From: Candidatus Kuenenia stuttgartensis
GTDB taxonomy: Bacteria; Planctomycetota; Brocadiia; Brocadiales; Brocadiaceae
NCBI RefSeq assembly: GCF_900232105.1
Contig: NZ_LT934425.1
Coordinates: forward strand, 960,001 to 992,000
Length of the DNA: 32,000 nucleotides
Direction of reading: 5' to 3'
This document shows positions 18,104 through 25,197 of the stretch, in pieces. Position 1 is the first letter of the stretch; every line of letters starts with the position of its first letter. Position numbers and translations under genes: made by a program. Below the pieces are notes generated by a model. The model had not been told where the DNA came from. It saw only the letters and a program-made list of their open reading frames with translations, and did no database searches.

Positions 18104-19373
18104 TTACGCTCTTTTTACCTTATCAGAATGATTCGTATGATTCTTAATTAAATTTCTCGTATCAACGATAAGTTTTGCATTTTTTAAGATAAATTCAGGG
18201 TCGTAATCCGAGTGCTCTGTTGCGATAAGAACGGCATCATATTTAGCAAGCGTCTCTGCATGTAAAGGAACGGAGCTATTATTAAATGTGTATTTCCTCA
18301 TTTTCGGGAGAACCGGTATATACGGGTCGTTATAGTCAACATGTGCATTTTTCTCCACAAGAAGCTCCATGATCTTCAGCGAGGGTGATTCACGGGTATC
18401 GTCTATATCCTTTTTATATGAAAGCCCCAGTATTAAAATCTTTGCGCCCTTAATGCTTTTCCCTTTCTCATTAAGCGCCTCAACAGTCTTTTGAACCACA
18501 TAATAGGGCATGTTGGTATTTATTTCCCCTGCAAGCTCTATAAACCGGGTGGAAAACTCATATTCCCTCGCCTTCCAGGTCAAATAAAAGGGATCGATAG
18601 GTATGCAATGTCCCCCAAGACCAGGGCCGGGATAAAATGCCTGAAATCCAAAGGGTTTTGTCTTTGCCGCCTCTATAACTTCCCAAACGTCAATCCCCAT
18701 CCTATCAAAGAGCATCTTCAGTTCGTTCACCAGCGCTATGTTCACAGATCTATAGATATTCTCAAGTAGTTTTGTGGCCTCCGCAACTCTTGTTGAAGAA
18801 ACCGGGACGGTCTTTACCACTACCGAATCATAAAGGGCTTGTGCAACGGTAAGACAATTATCCGTATAACCGCCAACCACTTTAGGGATTGTCCTTGTTG
18901 AAAAACCCTTATTATTCGGATCTTCCCGCTCCGGTGAAAACGCAAGATAAAAATCCTCACCAGCTTTTAACCCCGACTCCTCAAGTATGGGTCTCATGTC
19001 CTCATCCGTAGTCCCTGGATACGTAGTGGATTCAAGGACAATAAGCTGTCCCTTGCGAAGATTTCCGGCAATAGTCTTTGTTGTGTTAAAGACATATGAC
19101 ATATCAGGCTCACGGTATTTGTTCAGCGGCGTCGGAACACAGATGATGATACAGTCCATAGCTGATAACTTCGAGAAATCCGTGGTGGGGGTGAAACGCG
19201 ATCCGGCGTCCGTGATACGTGAACTATCAATATGTTTGATATAGCTTTTGCCCTGACTCAGTAATTTTACCTTTTCAGGGTCAATGTCGAAGCCTGTCAC
19301 CTGAAACCCTGCCTTGCAGAATTCAATGACCAGAGGCAATCCAACATAGCCGAGGCCGATAATGCCAATGTGT
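18104..19373 (-). pseudogene. nucleotide-sugar 6-dehydrogenase (WbpA/TviB/Ugd family), 5'-truncated by IS insertion
   Basis: The 411-aa ORF contains [15 protein letters not shown]. Reading past the annotated Met gives [18 protein letters not shown] (a Rossmann GxGxxG), which abuts the IS end at 19374. Confidence 0.85.
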
Positions 19374-21073
19374 ACTACTATCCATCAATTTCTTGTTTTT
19401 TATGCGTGTTTTTCATGCCGCCATTTCCGTAAGTGCTTTAATATCAAGGGCTGAAGCGGTCATCAGTGAACAAGAGAACTTCTGGCCTTTCTCCGTCAAA
19501 ACATAGCGGTTGGCCCTCGGAACTTTGCGGATTAGACCGTGTGCCCGCAGCATCTTTATCCGTCGGGTCGTTCGTCCGGAATATTTCTTTTGCTGATCCT
19601 TGCCGGATTGTTCGGATTCCCGGTAAAGCCACTTACGCAAATCATGGTTGCGGAATCCATTTATCGCGTTTTCGCCTTTGGACAGGAACATCAGCATCTG
19701 GTAATCATCCTGCTGCCAGGGATTCAAACCTCGATACCTCTTGCCCTCTTTGACAACCTTGTTACAAGCGCTGCTCACCACTTCTTTCAGTTTCTCCTCT
19801 ACCTGAGCCGCCGCCAAAGCATCCCCATAACGATCATTGCATTGTTGGCTCACCTCACACCGTCGATGAAGATCGCTTACGCCCTTACGCATCTTCTGCC
19901 ATGACGCCGGTTTGCCTTCATCATCATTGGGACTCCGAAAGACCTTAAAGTCCCGCGTATTATTGATCGTTGTCTCAATACGCAAGAGACTACCGCTCTT
20001 GTTATACATCTTCACTGAATTATAATTCACACTGTGCTTGACCCGTATACCTTCATAGCGTCTTCGATAGTCGCTGATAACCTCATCAGGGGCAGCGCCT
20101 GCAAGGTTACGCCTACCCAAATACTTCATCACCGAAGAACTGTCGCAAACCCGCATCGCATGATGAACAAACGATGGAAACAACTCCTCCAATGCCTCAA
20201 CCGATTTAAACATGATGTCCGTCGCCCACTCCGTCTCATCCGCAGACCAGTAATACTCCGGTTCCAACGGACGAAGAATCTGCGACAATGCCGGGCAACT
20301 GCCCAACGCAAGCCCGTTCAGCAGCTTCGCCCAGTCAGTCTTAAGCTGCTCATGGAGCAGAACCTGCGCAGCCGCAATATCCTCTATACGCACAAAACAG
20401 TTGCCGTCCTTAACATAATCAATACCTTGCTTCTGAAGTTGCCGCTCCAGCCAATGACGACCATTGAGACAAATGAAAATATTAAACGGCGCCCAACTCT
20501 GGATACGAACATGACCAAAACCAAACACTGGATCGTTAAAATAATGATACACAAAGACACACTTGCGGGGCGCCATTACCAACTCGAGCTTCTTGCTGGC
20601 CTTGTTGCCCTTGACCATCGGCGCAATACAAGGCTCTACCACACTCAACAGGCAGATGGAACCTTCCGTAATCCTCTTATCCGCCGCGATCTGGCGAGCC
20701 AACTTCTCCTTATCAACACCGCTGCTCATCAAATACCGCACCTCGATACCCAAATCTTTCGCCCGCGATTCACAACTGTCTCGCACCTGTGCCGTAAGCC
20801 CATTGACCCAACCGGAAAAATCCTTAAGCAGAATTCTCGCTTGGTTCATGAATGTTCCCATCCCACGCTCACTGGCCAACCACCGCAATGTCCCGCGAAA
20901 ACGAATCCTGTCCAGACCGCTTATTGCACCCACGATCCTGTCTCGATATAATTCCATCAACTTATTCATAAGTAGTGTCCTCCAAATTGTCTGATTACTA
21001 TTTACGAGGATACTACTATACTTTATAATAAACTAAAAATCACCTTTTTGGTTGCGGCCAAAGGCCGCGCTAG
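19374..21073 (-). mobile_element. atypical 1,700-bp insertion sequence, copy 1 (no TIR, no TSD)
   Basis: The boundaries are set by in-frame restoration of the dehydrogenase gene and by comparison with an empty paralogous target at 24616-24630. The ends read ACTACTATCCATC... and ...GGTTGCGGCCAAAGGCCGCGCTAG. Confidence 0.85.
19413..20969 (-). CDS. 518-aa IS-encoded protein, putative transposase of unrecognised family
   Basis: It is the only long ORF of the element and is identical in all three copies. An RBS GGAGGA lies upstream. The C-terminus is basic and winged-helix-like (RRIKMLRAHGLIRKVPRANRYVLTEKG). Confidence 0.8.
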   Translation of the reverse strand: MNKLMELYRDRIVGAISGLDRIRFRGTLRWLASERGMGTFMNQARILLKDFSGWVNGLTAQVRDSCESRAKDLGIEVRYLMSSGVDKEKLARQIAADKRITEGSICLLSVVEPCIAPMVKGNKASKKLELVMAPRKCVFVYHYFNDPVFGFGHVRIQSWAPFNIFICLNGRHWLERQLQKQGIDYVKDGNCFVRIEDIAAAQVLLHEQLKTDWAKLLNGLALGSCPALSQILRPLEPEYYWSADETEWATDIMFKSVEALEELFPSFVHHAMRVCDSSSVMKYLGRRNLAGAAPDEVISDYRRRYEGIRVKHSVNYNSVKMYNKSGSLLRIETTINNTRDFKVFRSPNDDEGKPASWQKMRKGVSDLHRRCEVSQQCNDRYGDALAAAQVEEKLKEVVSSACNKVVKEGKRYRGLNPWQQDDYQMLMFLSKGENAINGFRNHDLRKWLYRESEQSGKDQQKKYSGRTTRRIKMLRAHGLIRKVPRANRYVLTEKGQKFSCSLMTASALDIKALTEMAA

Positions 21074-21117
21074 GCCTTCTTTGATTTAATTTTTTCGATT
21101 ATACTGTAAGAGTTCAT
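21074..21117 (-). pseudogene. first 14 codons of the IS-split dehydrogenase gene
   Basis: ATG AAC TCT TAC AGT ATA ATC GAA AAA ATT AAA TCA AAG AAG GC joins in frame to A CAC ATT GGC... at 19373. Confidence 0.75.
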
Positions 21118-21281
21118 AAATATGGATTTCTATGGTTGAGTTTAACTTTTGTTGACATAAATAGTTATAGCATTTCTGGAATCATATTTTGTGAACCCCT
21201 TGAGTATAGTTCCAAAATGTTAAATACCAAAACTCAAATAGCAGCTAATTAAGAAATTCCAAACGACAAATAACAAATTTC

Positions 21282-21470
21282 GTAACACTTTAGTCTTTTG
21301 AAAAACCATCAAAGTAAAATCATGCTGCTCAGCAGTCATTCTGCATTCCTGCCCCTCAATTCCACCCCCTACACCCCCGCCAGCGGGGGACAGTTTGAGC
21401 AATCACACTCGTTCTCAAACTCCGGCTTAGGAACCAGCGTTTTTACTTTTTCAAAAGACTAAAGTGTTAC
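21282..21470. mobile_element. 189-bp MITE with 24-bp perfect TIRs and 8-bp TSD
   Basis: The TIRs are GTAACACTTTAGTCTTTTGAAAAA (21282-21305) and TTTTTCAAAAGACTAAAGTGTTAC (21447-21470). The flanking direct repeat CAAATTTC sits at 21274-21281 and 21471-21478. An empty-site-like sequence, ataacaaatttcaaataat, occurs near 17790. Confidence 0.75.
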
Positions 21471-21805
21471 CAAATTTCAAATAATTTCAAAGATCAAATT
21501 CCCGAAATCCAAAACAGTATTATTCTGATGATATACCAGTAATGTATAGGAAATTCAAAGTTGCCACTAAGACACCAAGGTTTTTCTTTGTGGCTTTGTG
21601 TCTTCGTGGCGAAAAAGTCGTCGAAGGCCTAATTTACAAGGACTTCGTCCCTCTCAGTTACATGAATAACTTATGTAACAAGTGAACGGATACAGCATAA
21701 ATCTGGCAGTCGGCAATTTGCCGGGCGTCGAGTGCTACGGCATCTTGGAAAATTCCAGGGCTTTATGCCATACGCAGCCAAAAAGAGTTTAACCACAAAG
21801 GGCTT

Positions 21806-21879
21806 GGCGCGGCCTTTGGCTGAAACCAAATTCGAAATACGAATATCGAAATACGAAACAAATTCAAATGATAAAAAAC
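21806..21879 (+). mobile_element. partial copy of the 175-bp MITE in opposite orientation, interrupted by another MITE
   Basis: CTTGGCGCGGCCTTTGGCTGAAACCAAATTCGAAATACGAATATCGAAATACGAAACAAATTCAAATGATAAAAAAC is the reverse complement of the hairpin half of the MITE. Homology resumes at 22030-22052 (...CAAATACTCCAAACT). Confidence 0.6.
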
Positions 21880-22029
21880 GTAATACTTTAGTTTTTTGAA
21901 AAATTCCAATAATAACATTGTTTTGCCGCACGGTGTAGGGGCGAAGCATTTGCATGTCCGGGCATGAACGCATTTATGCCAGTTATTGCAAATGCTTCGC
22001 CCCTACGGTCTCAAAAAACTAAATTGTTA
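21880..22029. mobile_element. second member of the GTAA(C/T)ACTTTAG...TIR MITE family, different core
   Basis: The ends are GTAATACTTTAGTTTTTTGAAAAA and TCAAAAAACTAAATTGTTAC. The core holds an inner palindrome GTAGGGGCGAAGCATTTGCA...TGCAAATGCTTCGCCCCTAC. Confidence 0.6.
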
Positions 22030-22090
22030 CCCCAAAACCAAATACTCCAAACTAGTATAGAGTTTCATTAAAATATCTACATTGATACCG

Positions 22091-22170
22091 TCATTGCGAG
22101 CGACAGCGAAGCAATCTTACATCTTTTGGGAACAAGAGATTGCTTCGTCGCTCCACTCCTCGCAATGACA
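22091..22170. repeat. long imperfect palindrome (REP-like hairpin)
   Basis: GTCATTGCGAGCGACAGCGAAGCAATCT ... AGATTGCTTCGTCGCTCCACTCCTCGCAATGAC. Confidence 0.6.
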
Positions 22171-22594
22171 TTTTTTTACGTACAAAGAATACAGGACACA
22201 AAGGGCACGTAGAGAAACTTACAAAAATCATGAATAATCAATTGATATACCAATATGGTTTAATAATTTAAGATTTATTGTAATTGGTTATCTGGCTATA
22301 CGTTAGAAATACCAGGGGTTTCAGAGTATGGTAAATTGGGCAAATAACAAAAGGATAGGCCTTTTTTATATTTGTTTTTCTTTGCAAAGTTTGCAGAAAA
22401 TCAAACACGGCTTGAAAGCATTGTGATTTGGGGGATTATATTGACAAGGATGAAGCACACGATAAACGAATGCCTTTTTTTCTATTGTATTATAGTGCAA
22501 TATTTGCGCACGAATTGGGGACACTTCCCATTTTTCATAAACTTGCGAACGGATTTAAAAAGGGTATTCCAGAACTCCTGAGGTGCCTTTTTTG

Positions 22595-22747
22595 GTAACA
22601 CTTTAGTTTTTTGAAAAAGTAAGGGCGAAGCATTTGCCAGTTTAGGTATGAACACATTTATGACAATTTACAGCAAATGCTTCGCCCCCCCTACACTATG
22701 CGGCAAACATCGCTAATGTTAGAATTTTTAAAAAAACTAACGCGGTA
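22595..22747. mobile_element. third, degenerate member of the same MITE family
   Basis: The left TIR GTAACACTTTAGTTTTTTGAAAAA is intact and the right end is degenerate (TTTTTAAAAAAACTAACGCGGTAAAG). The core again contains GGGCGAAGCATTTGC...GCAAATGCTTCGCCC. Confidence 0.45.
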
Positions 22748-22832
22748 AAGATAGGTTTGAAACCTGTCTCTACGTTACTATTAATCCCTACTGATTGCTT
22801 TTTTTGCAAAGAATAGGGAATGCACAAGTAGA

Positions 22833-23041
22833 ATCCGGTGTCCGTGATCCGGAAACTATCAATATGTTTTATGTAGCTTTTGCCCTGGCTCAACAATTTT
22901 ACCTTTTCAGGACCAATGTCGAAGCCGGTAACCTGAAACCCGGCCTTGCAGAATTCAATGACCAGTGGCAATCCAACATTAGCGGAGTCCGATAACACCA
23001 ATATGCGACTTCTTTGATTTAATTTTTTCGATTAGTTCCAT
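22833..23041 (-). pseudogene. degenerate duplicate of the dehydrogenase gene 5' end (uninterrupted by IS)
   Basis: MELIEKIKSKKSHIGVIG... is followed by a 1-nt insertion and then ...[40 protein letters not shown]. This matches 19160-19373 plus 21074-21100. Homology ends near 22833. Confidence 0.75.
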
Positions 23042-23081
23042 ATTTGTTTTTGAGAAATGGGTAATTCCGGGGACACCTTAC

Positions 23082-23309
23082 TTATTTCAACCGAAAAACG
23101 ATATCATTGTCCATGATGACTATGGCCCGGTATCCAGGCGTCACCCGAACCTACCAGATATTCTCCGGCTTATTGATGCACTTAAAGCGCAACGACGGAT
23201 GGAAGGGGTACTCCGACCAAAGACAGTATGCCTTCTTTGCCCTTGTCCTGATATCCGGCGTAAGTTTGCCGTAATGTTCCCAGAAAGACGGCAGTGTCGC
23301 TGATTTCAT
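23082..23309 (-). pseudogene. RelE/ParE-superfamily toxin with in-frame TAG and truncated C-terminus
   Basis: MKSATLPSFWEHYGKLTPDIRTRAKKAYCLWSEYPFHPSLRFKCINKPENIW*VRVTPGYRAIVIMDNDIVFRLK*. The TAG is at 23151-23153. The ATG overlaps the antitoxin stop (ATGA). Confidence 0.6.
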
Positions 23310-23537
23310 AATTTCTCGACATCCAGAGGACTGCTCTTTCCTCCGACGATCTCCTGGCGGACCTGACGTGCGGCTCCGATAAGCTTATCCTGGGTTCCTG
23401 GAAAACGAATTCTTCCATTTAGCCTCATCCAGGAGGTATTCGATGTAGTCGCGCATATGCTCGACAACGGTTTCCTGAAGCTGGTCCGGCACAGTTTCAA
23501 GCATCTTAATCATAGTTGTGGCCGCAGATGTATCCAT
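23306..23537 (-). pseudogene. cognate antitoxin, frameshifted
   Basis: The RBS GGAGGG is followed by MDTSAATTMIKMLETVPDQLQETVVEHMRDYIEYLLDEAKWKNSFS. The sequence continues in another frame as TQDKLIGAARQVRQEIVGGKSSPLDVEKL*. Confidence 0.55.
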
Positions 23538-23795
23538 AGTTTATCCCTCCTTATTTATCCGTATTGTCAATGAGAAAATCTGGGGACAGGCCTTGACGGC
23601 CTGTTGCCAGAATTCCCTTTTAAAAAATACCTCTATGTCCACCCATCTATAAAATACCATGAAAACATGAGGGCCGCATCTTAAATGTTAAGCAAATGCC
23701 CACGGTGACAAATAATATCCAAAATATGAAATACCAAAAATCAAATATACCAGGTAGATATTTATAAGAAAATCTATTCAAAATACTTTTTTGTA

Positions 23796-24188
23796 TCATT
23801 GGGCTAACTGCCTTGCCTCCTCAATAACCTTAAGAATCGAAGGTTCGACAGCGCCCGCTACATTGTCCGGAATGTGCTTGTGATGAGGGAAATTCTCAAG
23901 TCCTGGAAAATGCGGCGTGTTGTCATATCGAAAGACAAGCTTGTTTTGCTCGTCCTGAAAATGATAGCGATAGCCAAGGCGCCTGGGTCGACCGGCTTCA
24001 CCAACAACTGCTTCATTCAACTCCAGCATATGTCCCCTCCGGAAACGCACTCGTATCCGCAAGTTCACACGACTAGCCGCCACAATCTCCTCTTCGTAAC
24101 GCTCCACATAGGCGCCTTCCGCCTGCCGAACTGCGACTTCAACTTCCCTAAGATATCTTGATAGAAAATCAAGCAATATGCTACACAT
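23796..24188 (-). CDS. DUF6516/TumE-like putative toxin (family recalled from memory)
   Basis: 130 aa with YRYHFQDEQNKLVFRYDNTPHFPGLENFPHHKH. Its ATG overlaps the stop of the upstream small gene (CATGTGTAG). Confidence 0.65.
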   Translation of the reverse strand: MCSILLDFLSRYLREVEVAVRQAEGAYVERYEEEIVAASRVNLRIRVRFRRGHMLELNEAVVGEAGRPRRLGYRYHFQDEQNKLVFRYDNTPHFPGLENFPHHKHIPDNVAGAVEPSILKVIEEARQLAQ

Positions 24189-24399
24189 GTGCCTCTATTT
24201 CAAGCCTGATCGTAACATAATGTTGATAGTCATTCGCCCATTCGACGAAATCCTCGGAGTCTTCCAACTGTCCCTTGCTAAACTTGTCGAAAAACTCCTC
24301 CGATGTCATACGGTATCGATTTTCAAAAATGCTGAGATGCTTGGCTATAGCTACAAGAGCGTCTACAGGCGAATCATACTCAATTCTTTGTTTTCTCAT
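24181..24399 (-). CDS. small acidic partner protein (putative antitoxin), 72 aa from ATG at 24399
   Basis: An RBS GGAGG lies 6 nt upstream of MRKQRIEYDSPVDALVAIAKHLSIFENRYRMTSEEFFDKFSKGQLEDSEDFVEWANDYQHYVTIRLEIEAHV. It is translationally coupled to 23796-24188. Confidence 0.6.
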   Translation of the reverse strand: MRKQRIEYDSPVDALVAIAKHLSIFENRYRMTSEEFFDKFSKGQLEDSEDFVEWANDYQHYVTIRLEIEAHV

Positions 24400-24432
24400 A
24401 TTTCCTCCTTCCGAAGTATTTGGGGTCACGAA

Positions 24433-24559
24433 GTATTTGTGGTCAGATCTTGAATATAGAATACAAAATTCAGCCTGCATCTTTTTAAGTATTCTTTGTA
24501 ATTATTTTTGCCACCAGATGAACACTGATAAAAATTTCTTTATAACCTCTTATAAATAA
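24433..24559 (-). repeat. ~127-bp block shared upstream of two unrelated TA operons (second copy 30642-30767; partial copy 17706-17757)
   Basis: The two copies align by eye with about 5 mismatches. Both begin 15-35 bp upstream of the first gene of a minus-strand TA pair. Confidence 0.75.
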
Positions 24560-24827
24560 CTACGGATGAACTCTGATGAACTCTGATAAAGAGGTTAATA
24601 ATATTGATCCGTGTTCATCCGTGTGAATTCGTGGTTAAGTTTTAGTACACTATTCTTTTCCATTCGAGCTTCGGTTTGCCAAAATTTACTATAATACCTT
24701 TGTCAACCACGGATGAACACTGATGAACACTGATAAAAATTTCTTTATAACCTCTTATAAATAACTACAGATGAACACTGAGAAATACGGTTAAAGAGGT
24801 TGATAATATTGATCCGTGTTCATCCGT

Positions 24828-25002
24828 ACTACAATCCATCAACTTCTTGTTTTTTATGCTCGTTTTTCAAGCTGCACAAACGTAAGGCATTAATTAAATG
24901 ATGCCTACGTAAAGTTTGGAGTATTGAGTTTTTGTCATTTGAAATTGTTTTGTATTTAGATATTCGTATTTCGAATTTGGTTGCGGCCAAAGGCCGCGCC
25001 AA
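24828..25002 (-). mobile_element. 175-bp MITE (copy 3) at a unit junction of the tandem array
   Basis: catccgt[ACTACAATCC...GGCCGCGCCAA]gtgaattc. Confidence 0.85.
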
Positions 25003-25197
25003 GTGAATTCGTGGTTAAATTTTAGTACACTATTCTTTTCCATTCGAGCTTCGGGTTGCCAAAATTTACTATAATACCTTTGTTAACCACGGATGAACAC
25101 CGATGAACACTGATAAAAATTTCTTTATAACCTCTTATAAATAACTACAGATGAACTCTGAGAAATACGGTTAAAGAGGTTGATAATATTGATCCGT

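Noticed and set aside
20034-20951. 305-aa ORF on the plus strand, antisense to the 518-aa IS gene (also at 25858-26775 and 27763-28680), plus 143-, 121- and 95-aa companions
   Set aside because: It lies entirely within the opposite-strand coding region. Its composition is biased and of low information (R/L/T/Q/H-rich), and I saw no RBS. Its one amino-acid change between copies corresponds to a synonymous change in the 518-aa gene. That argues selection acts on the minus-strand frame.
19374-21073. Helitron/IS91-like interpretation of the IS (the end reads hairpin + CTAG, reminiscent of a CTRR 3' terminus preceded by a GC hairpin)
   Set aside because: I could not find an HUH motif or a Y1/Y2 catalytic arrangement in the 518-aa protein. 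The MITE ends in CCAA, not CTRR. The resemblance is noted only as a hypothesis to test by structure prediction.
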